A stretch of 59,802 bases of DNA from a virus (lineage: Duplodnaviria; Caudoviricetes). The DNA lies in the IMG/VR virus record IMGVR_UViG_3300034167_000343, positions 1 to 59,802 of that record. One strand, 5' to 3'. Below the pieces are notes generated by a model. The model made no database searches and was not told the DNA's origin. It saw only the letters and a list, made by a program, of their open reading frames with translations. This document shows positions 17,159 to 25,721 of this stretch, in pieces (position 1 is the stretch's first letter; every line of letters starts with the position of its first letter). A program made the position numbers and the translations under genes.

Positions 17159-17493
17159 GCTGCGTACTCCTCGCGCACTTGGAAAATGTTTCGGAAGCTG
17201 ACCTTGGCCCGGACTTCTTCGACGGTGGTCTTGCAAGAAACGGCTTCACCCTGATCGTCGCAACCCAGGATCAGGCCCTTGCCCGCCAGAGGGCTGTGGT
17301 ACTCCGAGTGAAGGAAGAAGTGGGTCGGGTTCTTGAGGAGCCCATCGTCATCGATGAAGATCCCGTCCCCCTCAGAAATGCGGGCGCAGCCAAAGCATCC
17401 GGCGTCGATCAGGTCGTAGATATGCATGAAGTCGCCGTCGTAGTCGACCTCTGTGATGGTTTTGTCAAACGGATTGATCAAGATTGCTTTCAT
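17155..17493 (-). CDS. DUF3846-like protein (112 aa)
   Basis: MKAILINP, IFIDDDGLL and PLAGKGLILG.D..GE motifs. Confidence 0.8.
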   Translation of the reverse strand: MKAILINPFDKTITEVDYDGDFMHIYDLIDAGCFGCARISEGDGIFIDDDGLLKNPTHFFLHSEYHSPLAGKGLILGCDDQGEAVSCKTTVEEVRAKVSFRNIFQVREEYAA

Positions 17494-17537
17494 GAGATAC
17501 CTTCGTGTATAGGTTGGGTCGTGATGACTTTGTAAAT

Positions 17538-17561
17538 GAAAAAGGGCACCTTGCGGTGCCC
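17538..17561 (-). terminator. Rho-independent terminator
   Basis: Minus strand reads GGGCACC-GCAA-GGTGCCC-TTTTTCA. Confidence 0.8.
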
Positions 17562-17581
17562 CTCTTGCCTGCTGCTGCCAC

Positions 17582-17770
17582 CTAATCCTTCGGTGGATCA
17601 TCCATGTCGATCTCCTCGAAAACCCGCCGGAAATAAACGCGGGCGTACCGCTGATCGGGCTTTTCGTGGGGAAACATTTCCTTCGCATACATCTCCGCCA
17701 ACATCTTGTTGAAGAACAACTCAGGAACAGTCGCCCCAGGGTCGGCGCCCAATACATACCAAACAACCAT
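17582..17770 (-). CDS. Hypothetical protein (62 aa)
   Basis: GGAGG RBS. Confidence 0.7.
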   Translation of the reverse strand: MVVWYVLGADPGATVPELFFNKMLAEMYAKEMFPHEKPDQRYARVYFRRVFEEIDMDDPPKD

Positions 17771-17782
17771 GGTTCCCTCCTC

Positions 17783-18094
17783 TCAGTAAAAGATTTCGGT
17801 GCGGATGGAATCCGATTCCATCAGGTCACCCCAGCACCCGACGCGCAAGCGCGGCCCGACGAACAGGACCGTGGTGGCGTAGGTGTCGCCTGCGTTGCAG
17901 TAATAGACATGCTTACCGCTGCGCTTGTGGACACCCAGATACTCCACCCCGGACGTACGCAGGATGGCGTCGATGTCCTCCCTTGCGCGCCGGGTAACAA
18001 GGTCGTTCTTCCAGATATTGCGGATCGCCTTGGCGTCCTCCTCGGTAACGTCCTTGATTTCCATCAGGGACTTAACGGTCGCTGCTGTCCTCAT
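17783..18094 (-). CDS. Conserved hypothetical phage protein (103 aa)
   Basis: GVEY, Y.NAGDTYATT and WGD motifs; GGAGG RBS. Confidence 0.8.
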   Translation of the reverse strand: MRTAATVKSLMEIKDVTEEDAKAIRNIWKNDLVTRRAREDIDAILRTSGVEYLGVHKRSGKHVYYCNAGDTYATTVLFVGPRLRVGCWGDLMESDSIRTEIFY

Positions 18095-18242
18095 AAAGCC
18101 TCCTCTCGGCGGAGCGCAACATGAGGCAGGCCGCCAGCAGGGCGTCGCGTTGCGACGGGTACAACTCGTTGATTGAGTTGCTCATGTACTCCAGCGTCTC
18201 AGCGACGCGCAGGAAGTGCTCCGGTTGGTATTCAAAAGTCAT
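18072..18242 (-). CDS. Hypothetical protein (56 aa)
   Basis: AAGGA RBS before MTFEY. Confidence 0.55.
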   Translation of the reverse strand: MTFEYQPEHFLRVAETLEYMSNSINELYPSQRDALLAACLMLRSAERRLYEDSSDR

Positions 18243-18543
18243 GCTCGTCCTTTCTTGAGGCCAGGGTCGGCGCCCGGTCCCTGCTTCTCTCAAGAACCCA
18301 GGACGACACGATCCTGCGCGTCGAGAGAACTGAGAAGCCGCCATCAGCTGCTTGCTTAATTCTTTCTGGCTCAACCAGATCCATCGGGGTTGAGTAGTAC
18401 TCCGAATTTTCGTCCCCGAATCTTGCGATTACAGATGGGTCGAAACCATTGCACACGTACCAGTCCTCAACAACGCCAGTGATTGCGACGATGGACGCCA
18501 CAAAATTGCAGCTCTTGCAGTAATGCCTGTACCTGGGTTTCAT
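18232..18543 (-). CDS. Hypothetical protein (103 aa)
   Basis: PRY.H.C..C and ARFG....Y.S motifs; GGAGG RBS. Confidence 0.75.
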   Translation of the reverse strand: MKPRYRHYCKSCNFVASIVAITGVVEDWYVCNGFDPSVIARFGDENSEYYSTPMDLVEPERIKQAADGGFSVLSTRRIVSSWVLERSRDRAPTLASRKDEHDF

Positions 18544-18800
18544 GATCCCTCCAGAACCGGGTTGATGTAGGAGCCGCCGTAAAGCAGGGACTCCGGCGTG
18601 GCGTTGGATTCACCCTCGGCGTACGCGCGGGCGTAACGCTCCTCGGCGTACCTGGACTCAATCTCCAGGAGGCACTCAATCTCACCGAGGCAGTTCTCAA
18701 ACACGCTGACCCAGCCGTGATTGCTCTCGATGGGAACGGTTTGAACGCCCAGCTTGATGGCGAGGCGGGCGATATAGATTTGCAATGCTGTTTCAGACAT
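18540..18800 (-). CDS. Hypothetical protein (86 aa)
   Basis: GAAGG RBS; ATGA overlap. Confidence 0.65.
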   Translation of the reverse strand: MSETALQIYIARLAIKLGVQTVPIESNHGWVSVFENCLGEIECLLEIESRYAEERYARAYAEGESNATPESLLYGGSYINPVLEGS

Positions 18801-18882
18801 CGATAACCTTCATGTAGAGATTGAAACGTGAGGACCCTCTAGCTCAAACGGAGGCCGAGGCTTTCGCCCCGACCTCCTTCGC

Positions 18883-19320
18883 TCAGAACGGCGCCGCTTC
18901 CTCCACGGGAGCCGTGCGCACCGCATCCGTGCGACCCCTCTGCCGCATGTCAGCGCCTAAGACGCCGCGCGTGAGATGGCGACGGATCTCAGCGATCAGC
19001 GCTTCCTGAGCAACCCGACGAGCTGGTCCTTCAGCCATGTCCATGGCGTCGAGGCGCAGGCAGACGTCGATCTGCATGCTCTTGAACACCTGCGGGCACC
19101 CCGAGTAGTCGCGGGGAATCCAGCCGAGCTGGGCGCCGAGAGACTGCGCCTTTGCGTGAGAAGCGTCGGATGCGTACTTCGTCCAGCGCTCGGCATCGAG
19201 GGAGCGGATCGCCTCGAAGGCGACGTCGAAGCTCGCGTGAGCCTCGGCATGGGTGTCGGTGGTGATGCCAGCTTTGATGAGTCGGCTGACCATGGAAGGG
19301 GTAGGTACGCGAACGGACAT
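18883..19320 (-). CDS. Hypothetical protein (145 aa) ending EEAAPF
   Basis: AGGAGA RBS before MSVRV. Confidence 0.7.
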   Translation of the reverse strand: MSVRVPTPSMVSRLIKAGITTDTHAEAHASFDVAFEAIRSLDAERWTKYASDASHAKAQSLGAQLGWIPRDYSGCPQVFKSMQIDVCLRLDAMDMAEGPARRVAQEALIAEIRRHLTRGVLGADMRQRGRTDAVRTAPVEEAAPF

Positions 19321-19408
19321 GGTGTCTCTCCTGAATGGGTAGAAGGGAAAAAGGGAAAGCGGACGTCCCGCCCCCCAACGGGGCGGGAAAGGACGCGGAG
19401 ATAAGCGC

Positions 19409-19561
19409 TCAGTCGACGGCAAAGAAGGCAGCCGTCACTCCACAGAGGAGCATCGACAAGCCCGCATCAAAGGGCTCAATGAGATTCAGACCAGCGCCCA
19501 GGGCTGTGATGGCAAAACCCAAAACAGATACAGCGACAACGAACCAAGATGCGATTTGCAT
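19409..19561 (-). CDS. Small two-TM membrane protein (50 aa)
   Basis: AAGGA RBS; hydrophobic sequence. Confidence 0.6.
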   Translation of the reverse strand: MQIASWFVVAVSVLGFAITALGAGLNLIEPFDAGLSMLLCGVTAAFFAVD

Positions 19562-19571
19562 GAGATTTCCT

Positions 19572-19772
19572 TCAGCGGGCGTAATTGCGGTAGTAACTCT
19601 GGCAGCGCTTGTAGTCGGAGTAGTTCTGAACTCCGCTACCAAGGCAGGTAAAGCACTTGCCCGAGAACCCTTTGAATACTCCGTTCTCTACGGTGCCTCG
19701 ACCGTAGAAAACCCCTTTTCCGTCGCACTTCGGGCATTTGACGGATTGACCTTTCTTTACTTCTGCGTACAT
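19572..19772 (-). CDS. DnaJ-type zinc-finger protein (66 aa)
   Basis: CPKCDGKG and CFTCLGSG (two CxxCxGxG motifs); GGAG RBS. Confidence 0.8.
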   Translation of the reverse strand: MYAEVKKGQSVKCPKCDGKGVFYGRGTVENGVFKGFSGKCFTCLGSGVQNYSDYKRCQSYYRNYAR

Positions 19773-19777
19773 AGGAA

Positions 19778-19810
19778 CTCCAGAAATGAAAAAACCCGCC
19801 GAAGCGGGTT
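19778..19810 (-). terminator. Terminator fused to RBS
   Basis: Minus strand reads AACCCGC-TTCG-GCGGGTT-TTTTCATTTCTGGAG. Confidence 0.85.
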
Positions 19811-19828
19811 GGTTTGGGGCAGCGAGCT

Positions 19829-20131
19829 TCAGAAGAACTCGTAGTCGTCCAGGTCGGACAGCGACCCGGGCTCAGGTGATGCAGGCGGCGTCTCGCCCCG
19901 CCCAAGGCTCTCGGCGATCAGGTACTCGGTGAGGCACTGGCTGAGGTAGGCGATCTCCTCCTCTTCTGTGAAGAACACGGCTTCCTCAGGGTGAGGCTGC
20001 GGCGGTCCAGCGTAGAAGGGGTTGCGCATCCAGACGTCGCGAGGATCGAGGATCCAGGCGGAATCAGAACGCTCTCGGCCTGCGTTGAAGGCGTACTCAC
20101 GCATGGCGTCAGAGTGGGTGGCGAAAGGCAT
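19829..20131 (-). CDS. First gene of the early operon, acidic hypothetical protein (100 aa)
   Basis: AWIL...DVW.RNPFY.GP.QPHPE motif; GGAG RBS. Confidence 0.8.
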   Translation of the reverse strand: MPFATHSDAMREYAFNAGRERSDSAWILDPRDVWMRNPFYAGPPQPHPEEAVFFTEEEEIAYLSQCLTEYLIAESLGRGETPPASPEPGSLSDLDDYEFF

Positions 20132-20478
20132 GGTCAGTCTCCAGGTTGCGTTATGAATCAAGGGTTTAGGGTTTCGGTATCGAACAGGGGGTCAGCGATA
20201 CCTAAAACGAACCCGCATCGAAGGGTGGTTACCCCTCTCGTAGGGAGGGGTAAACAACCGATCCAACCATCACAACCGATTGATAGTCCGTCGGAAAGTG
20301 AGCAAATACGGGCCTTCCAGCCGTTCTTGTGCTTTGGATGTGACGAGATTGACCGCCAAACCCCTGGATGCCGGCGAAGCTGACGGCGGTGATCGACCAC
20401 CGGGCGGTGGGGGTGGGTGGGGGGTGGCACCTGGACTCAGTACACAGGTGGTGGGGGTATGAGGACTCCACTGCTATC

Positions 20479-20526
20479 CCCACCTCAAGCACGTGGCTTA
20501 CCCACCTCAAGCACGCACCTCAGGCA
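20479..20526 (+). repeat. Short direct repeats
   Basis: CCCACCTCAAGCACG at 20479 and 20501, plus partial CACCTCAGGCA at 20516. Confidence 0.75.
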
Positions 20527-20662
20527 ATCCAATCCCCTACCCACAGATGCCGCCAGAAGCCACGCAATGGGCCCAAGGCGGCGAGATCGTGGGCGGGTGG
20601 CTACCCTACCCCCATGTGGACCATCTGAAGCCGCCACGGGGGTGTTCTGGGACCCCCTGACT

Positions 20663-20916
20663 TTCTGTATCTTTACCTACAGAACGACTGTCTACCTTAG
20701 TAGACAGGAGTTCTCATGTCTCTTCTCTTAAAGAACAGATCATTTACTACGGTATACCGTAGTTAAGAGATAGTTCTTTGTTCTTTTATACGGAATATCT
20801 GTATTCCTTAGAAGAGAACCATCTGTAGAAAAGATTCTTTTGTATTCTTGTACAAGGAATACCGGTTTTCTTTACTACGGTTAACCGTAGTACGGTATAC
20901 CGATGGTAGAGAAAAC
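20663..20916. repeat. AT-rich cluster of palindromes/inverted repeats
   Basis: Perfect palindromes at 20746-20763 and 20873-20892; further inverted repeats at 20663-20684 and 20688-20707. Confidence 0.85.
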
Positions 20917-21219
20917 AGAGAGAAAGAGAAAGAAAGAGAGCAAGATGTGTGCCAGCTCTCTCATCCCTAAGGGGTGAACCCCCTGGACCTATACCCCTGG
21001 ACCATTCGGAAACCCGCGCCAATGCTGGGTTTCAGGGGGCAGGACATAGATCCCACCGACACTGCGTTTGCAGTTGCTCTGTCCCAGCGGTTGGTGGGCT
21101 AAAACCTCCGCAGCGCGGGCTGCAAAGTCTCCTCCTGGTGGTGACCGCGCCGGCTGACCCACGTCACGGGTCACTTCGACCCCCGGCTACATTCGCCAGC
21201 CATAAGGAGTCACACCATC

Positions 21220-21456
21220 ATGGCCGCTCGCATTCGTAAGATTCGGCACGACGACGACACCAGGGCAAAGATCCAGGCGGCGTATTACATCAACCGCCTG
21301 CACGGGCATATCGAGGGCAAGGTCACCTTGGCGCCGTCGCAAATCACGGCGATCAAGATCCTGCTGGATAAGTCGCTGCCAAACCTGTCTGACGTCAAAC
21401 TCGACACAGGTGCTCAAGGCATCACGTTCAACCTGAACGCGAATCTGCCCAAGTGA
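21220..21456 (+). CDS. terS: Terminase small subunit (putative)
   Basis: KIQ...INRL..H..G....SQI.A..ILL.K.LP.L pattern; directly upstream of TerL; AAGGAG RBS. Confidence 0.75.
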   Translation: MAARIRKIRHDDDTRAKIQAAYYINRLHGHIEGKVTLAPSQITAIKILLDKSLPNLSDVKLDTGAQGITFNLNANLPK

Positions 21457-22904
21457 GCGCAGTCGCCGACGACTCGCTCGTCACCTATCACCCGCCGGGT
21501 TCTGTGGCGGCCACGTTCCATTCGGACAACTCATTCATTCGCGGGTTGATGGGTCCTGTGGGTTCCGGGAAGTCCAGCTCCTGCTGCGTCGAGATCGTGA
21601 TGCGGGCGCTGCGCCAGGAACCCTGGTACGACGGCGTCAGGCGGTCCCGCTGGGCGGTGATACGGAATACTTATCCTGAACTCAAGTCGACCACGATCAA
21701 GACCTGGGAGACCTGGTTCCCGTCCAACGTGGCGCCGATCCGGTGGGACACGCCGATCACTTCGCACATGCGGATCGATGACATCGGCGACGGCACCTCG
21801 ATGGACCTGGAGGTTGTCTTCCTGGCCCTGGACTCTGAGACTGACACCGGCAAGCTGAGGTCGCTGGAACTCACTGGCGTCTGGATCAATGAAGCCTCTG
21901 AGATTGCCCGGGGCGTCTTCGACATGACCACCCAGCGGGTTGGGCGGTATCCGTCCAAGCTCAAGGGCGGCCCGTCCTGGACCGGCGTGATCCTGGACAC
22001 CAACCCACCGGACGACGATCACTGGTATTACCACTTCGCTGAGACCGAGACCCCCAAGGGCTGGAAGTTCTTCCGCCAGCCCGGTGGCCTGTACTTCGAC
22101 CAGGAGTCCGGTGAGAACGTCCCCAACCCGGACGCAGAAAACATCGACAACCTGCCCAACGGGCATGGGTATTACCTGCAACAGCTTGGCGGCAAGCTCG
22201 ACACCTGGATTAATGTCTTCCTGCGCGGTAACTACGGCACCACCTCAGATGGCAAGCCAGTATTCCCGGAGTGGAATGACCGTGTCCATGTGGCGCCTGA
22301 GCCTCTGAAGCCAGTCCGTGGGTTGCCCATCATCATGGGTTGGGACTTCGGCCTGACGCCAGCCTGCATCATTGGCCAGATGATGCCCAACGGGCGGCTG
22401 CATATCCTGGAAGAGTTGGTCGCCGAGGACATGGGTATCCGTCAGTTCACCTCTGACGTGGTGCGCCCAGTATTGACCACCAAGTACAACGGTTTTGCCC
22501 GCTTCTCAGCCGGCGACCCGGCGGGTCAGATTCGCGCCCAGACCGATGAGCGCACATGCCTGCAAGAGTTGGCTGAGCTTGGAATACCCACAGAGCCAGC
22601 ACCGACCAATGACTGGATTCCCCGCCGAGAATCTGTTGCGTACTTCCTGACACGCATGATCGATGGCGGCCCAGGGTTCCTGCTGGACCCAAGCTGCTCG
22701 AACCTGCGCAAGGGGATGAACGGCCGCTACCGCTACGAACGCCTGAAGACTTCTGGCTCTGCGCGATACAGGGACCGTCCGGTTAAGGACCAGTTCTCTC
22801 ACCCGCATGACGCGCTTCAGTACCTGTGTATGCGAGTCCGCAATGGACTCAGCCCGGTGCGCGCCAGGGCGGTGGTGAACGCATCTAACAAGGGTTGGAC
22901 CTGA
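21453..22904 (+). CDS. terL: Terminase large subunit
   Basis: Walker A GPVGSGKS, Walker B VWINE, DTNPP; RNase H-like GWDFG and HPHDALQY. Confidence 0.96.
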   Translation: MSAVADDSLVTYHPPGSVAATFHSDNSFIRGLMGPVGSGKSSSCCVEIVMRALRQEPWYDGVRRSRWAVIRNTYPELKSTTIKTWETWFPSNVAPIRWDTPITSHMRIDDIGDGTSMDLEVVFLALDSETDTGKLRSLELTGVWINEASEIARGVFDMTTQRVGRYPSKLKGGPSWTGVILDTNPPDDDHWYYHFAETETPKGWKFFRQPGGLYFDQESGENVPNPDAENIDNLPNGHGYYLQQLGGKLDTWINVFLRGNYGTTSDGKPVFPEWNDRVHVAPEPLKPVRGLPIIMGWDFGLTPACIIGQMMPNGRLHILEELVAEDMGIRQFTSDVVRPVLTTKYNGFARFSAGDPAGQIRAQTDERTCLQELAELGIPTEPAPTNDWIPRRESVAYFLTRMIDGGPGFLLDPSCSNLRKGMNGRYRYERLKTSGSARYRDRPVKDQFSHPHDALQYLCMRVRNGLSPVRARAVVNASNKGWT

Positions 22905-22905
22905 A

Positions 22906-24921
22906 ATGAACGCCATCGCCATGCCGCAGTCCCCGCTCCAGGTGGACATCGATGTCAAGCAAGCCCCGTCAACTGAGTACGAGCTGCTTCACACCGATCT
23001 CTCGCACCACATCAGCGACTGCTGGGAGCGCGCCAAGTTCGCCAAGACCGAGATCGTCGATCGCCTGCTGCGCTGTGAGCGCCAGCGCCGGGGTGTCTAC
23101 GACCCGGAGAAGGAGATGGACATCGCCAAGACCGGCGGCTCCGACATCTACATGCGCCTGACCGACATCAAGTGCCGGGCGGCCGAGAGCTGGATACGCG
23201 ACGTCATGATGTCCGCAGGGCGCCGTGTCTTCGACCTGGACACCGCTGAGGAGCCTGAGGTGCCACCCGAGGTGTCGGCGGGCATCGTCGAGCTGGTGAC
23301 GATGGAGATGCAGGAGTTCGTCCAGGCCGGCGGCGCTGTTCACCCTGAGGCATTCCGCGCCCGGATGGATGAGGTGCATGACCAGATCATGGACAAGCTG
23401 CGCGAGCAGGCGAAGGAAGCCGCCAAGCGCATGGGCGACAAGATCGAAGACCAGATGAATCTCGGCAAGTTCGATGCTTCATTCCAGGACTTCATCAATG
23501 ACTTCGTCACCTACCCCACGGCGGTCTTCAAGGGCCCTGTCATCCGGCGCAAGAAGAAGCTCACCTGGGGCCCTGGGTTCCAGGCGGTGATCCTGCGGGA
23601 CTATGCGAAGAACTTTGAGCGGGTCTCGCCCTACGACGCCTACCCGTCGCCCAACGCGAATTGCCCTCACGAGGGCTTCTTCATCCAGCGCCATCGCCTC
23701 TCCCGCGCCGCGCTCCAGGACCTTCGTGGTGTGCCTGGGTACAACGACGAGGCCATTGACCAAGTGCTTGAGCGCTTCGGCGACAGCGGCTTCCGGCAGT
23801 GGCTGATGGGCGACCAGGAGCGTGACCGACTGGAGGGCAAGCCGCATGCGCGACTGTTCACCCGCGAGGTGATCGAGGCACTGGAGTTCTGGGGCTCCAT
23901 CTCCGGGAAGATGCTCCTGGACTGGGGCCTGAAGTCAACCAAGAAGATGCCCATCGAGTGGAACCAGGAGTACGAGGTCACGGCGTGGCAGATCGGCCCG
24001 TTCTGCATCAAGGTCTCGGTGAACCCGGATCCCCTGGGGCGGCGTCCGTACGAGATCGCTCAGTGGAACGAGGTGCCCGGCTCCTTCTGGGGAACCGCCC
24101 TGCCTGAGCAGATGCGTGACGTGCAGAGCATGTGCAACGCGGCGGCCCGCTCCCTGGCCAACAACATGAGTGTTGCTTCCGGCCCTCAGGTTGAGATCCA
24201 GGTCGACCGCCTGCCTGATGGTGAGGACGTGACCTCGATGTTCCCGTGGAAGATCTGGCAGACGACCTCTGACCGCACTGGCGGTGGCCAGCCGGCGGTT
24301 CGTTTCTTCCAGCCAGGGATGAACGCGAGCGAGCTGCTCAACGTCTACCAGTACTTCATGAAGCTGGCCGACGAAGTCACGGGCATCCCGGCCTACCTCT
24401 ACTCAGGCCAAACGGGTGGCGGCGCAGGACGCACGGCCTCCGGCCTGTCCATGCTCATGGACAACGCAGCCAAGGGCATCAAGACGGCGATCGCCTGCCT
24501 GGACGTTGTGGTCTCCGCGATGGTCGATCGGCTCTACGTCCACAACATGATGTACGACCCCGACCCGGCGATCAAGGGCGACTTCAAGGTCATCGCGCGT
24601 GGCGCCATGGGCATGGTCCTGAAGGAGCAGCTCCAGCAGCGCCGCATGGAGTTCCTCCAGTCCACCGCCAACCCCGTGGACATGCAGATCGTCGGACTGC
24701 CGGGGCGCGCCTATCTGCTGCATGAGGTGGCGGACTCGCTCCAGATGGACACCAGCCGCATCGTGCCCAGCCCCGACAAGATCCAGTTCGACCAGCAGAA
24801 GCAGGCGCAGTTCCAGATGGCGACCCAGCAGATGGCCGGCGGTCAGCAGCAGCAAGCTTCTCCGGCATCCCCCGGTGATGCACCCATGCCCGAGGACCCG
24901 GGCGTTCTTCCACCCCTGTGA
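22906..24921 (+). CDS. Portal (head-tail connector) protein
   Basis: 671 aa after TerL; RTASGLSMLM motif; Gln/Pro-rich C-terminus. Confidence 0.9.
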   Translation: MNAIAMPQSPLQVDIDVKQAPSTEYELLHTDLSHHISDCWERAKFAKTEIVDRLLRCERQRRGVYDPEKEMDIAKTGGSDIYMRLTDIKCRAAESWIRDVMMSAGRRVFDLDTAEEPEVPPEVSAGIVELVTMEMQEFVQAGGAVHPEAFRARMDEVHDQIMDKLREQAKEAAKRMGDKIEDQMNLGKFDASFQDFINDFVTYPTAVFKGPVIRRKKKLTWGPGFQAVILRDYAKNFERVSPYDAYPSPNANCPHEGFFIQRHRLSRAALQDLRGVPGYNDEAIDQVLERFGDSGFRQWLMGDQERDRLEGKPHARLFTREVIEALEFWGSISGKMLLDWGLKSTKKMPIEWNQEYEVTAWQIGPFCIKVSVNPDPLGRRPYEIAQWNEVPGSFWGTALPEQMRDVQSMCNAAARSLANNMSVASGPQVEIQVDRLPDGEDVTSMFPWKIWQTTSDRTGGGQPAVRFFQPGMNASELLNVYQYFMKLADEVTGIPAYLYSGQTGGGAGRTASGLSMLMDNAAKGIKTAIACLDVVVSAMVDRLYVHNMMYDPDPAIKGDFKVIARGAMGMVLKEQLQQRRMEFLQSTANPVDMQIVGLPGRAYLLHEVADSLQMDTSRIVPSPDKIQFDQQKQAQFQMATQQMAGGQQQQASPASPGDAPMPEDPGVLPPL

Positions 24922-24929
24922 GGCAAACG

Positions 24930-25151
24930 ATGGCAACCAAGGCATTCGGCGGTAAGCAGACGCCGGCAGAAGAGCGCAAGGAGGCCCGTCTGGTGCGCTC
25001 CGGAAAAGTATCTCCTGCGGAGTACGCGCGCCGCGAAAAGGCTGAGGGGGATAAGAAGTCCCCGGCCATTCTCAAAGGTACCGGTCAAAAACTTGCCAGC
25101 GGGAAAATGTCCGCGTCTCAGTACGCCTCCAAACCCATGAAGAAGGACTGA
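24930..25151 (+). CDS. Small basic hypothetical protein
   Basis: Lys-rich; GAGG RBS. Confidence 0.65.
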   Translation: MATKAFGGKQTPAEERKEARLVRSGKVSPAEYARREKAEGDKKSPAILKGTGQKLASGKMSASQYASKPMKKD

Positions 25152-25153
25152 TC

Positions 25154-25372
25154 ATGATGAAGATGACGATGGAGCGGGGTTATCGGGTGCCGCGTCGGGC
25201 CCCTGCCGCAGCGCCTATGCCGGCCGCCTCTCAACCGGCCGCAAAACCGCCTGGGCGCCCGATGCCCCGGGCCTGGATGGCGGATGGCGGTTATGTCGGC
25301 GATGCGGTTGGCTGCACCGGAATGTCTGGCGGCTCTGGCGGTACGCGCAGCAACCAAGACTACCGGAAGTAA
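25154..25372 (+). CDS. Small Pro/Gly-rich protein with MADGG motif
   Basis: AAGGA RBS; TAATG overlap with the next gene. Confidence 0.6.
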   Translation: MMKMTMERGYRVPRRAPAAAPMPAASQPAAKPPGRPMPRAWMADGGYVGDAVGCTGMSGGSGGTRSNQDYRK

Positions 25373-25608
25373 TGCTCAAGCAATCCCCAGATAGAGTTAC
25401 TTCGGCAATGTCCTCTTTGGAGGGCCATGCGGAGTTTGAGGTGGTCGTGGATTGGCTTGAGGAATCTCTTGCTGATATACGCACTGCCAGCATGCATACC
25501 AAGGATGAGGTTCTTCTGAGGTGGCAGCAGGGAGCGAGTCAGACGTTGGACGACCTGGTTCGAAAGATCAGGACATCTCGCCAGACTCAGTACTCCAGAA
25601 AGAAATAG
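25372..25608 (+). CDS. Small head-associated hypothetical protein
   Basis: WQQG motif; typical position between portal and scaffold. Confidence 0.75.
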   Translation: MLKQSPDRVTSAMSSLEGHAEFEVVVDWLEESLADIRTASMHTKDEVLLRWQQGASQTLDDLVRKIRTSRQTQYSRKK

Positions 25609-25721
25609 CCCGGTTGGGCAGACGTTTTATCGGTGGCGTTTCACCGGTCCCGAGAACACCGGAACTTGACGGCGCGGATACAAAAGCCCGCGACAGACAG
25701 TGAAGGCTCAAGGAGTTGGAA

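Noticed and set aside
20665-20707. LexA (SOS) boxes
   Set aside because: The CTGT...ACAG pairs have 10- and 12-nt spacers rather than the required 8.
20746-20903. Protelomerase telRL site of a linear plasmid prophage
   Set aside because: The palindromes are short, no protelomerase or partition genes are present, and the phage has int/attP.
20158-21239. Short ORFs in the large intergenic region
   Set aside because: No RBS, atypical composition, and overlap with repeats and palindromes.
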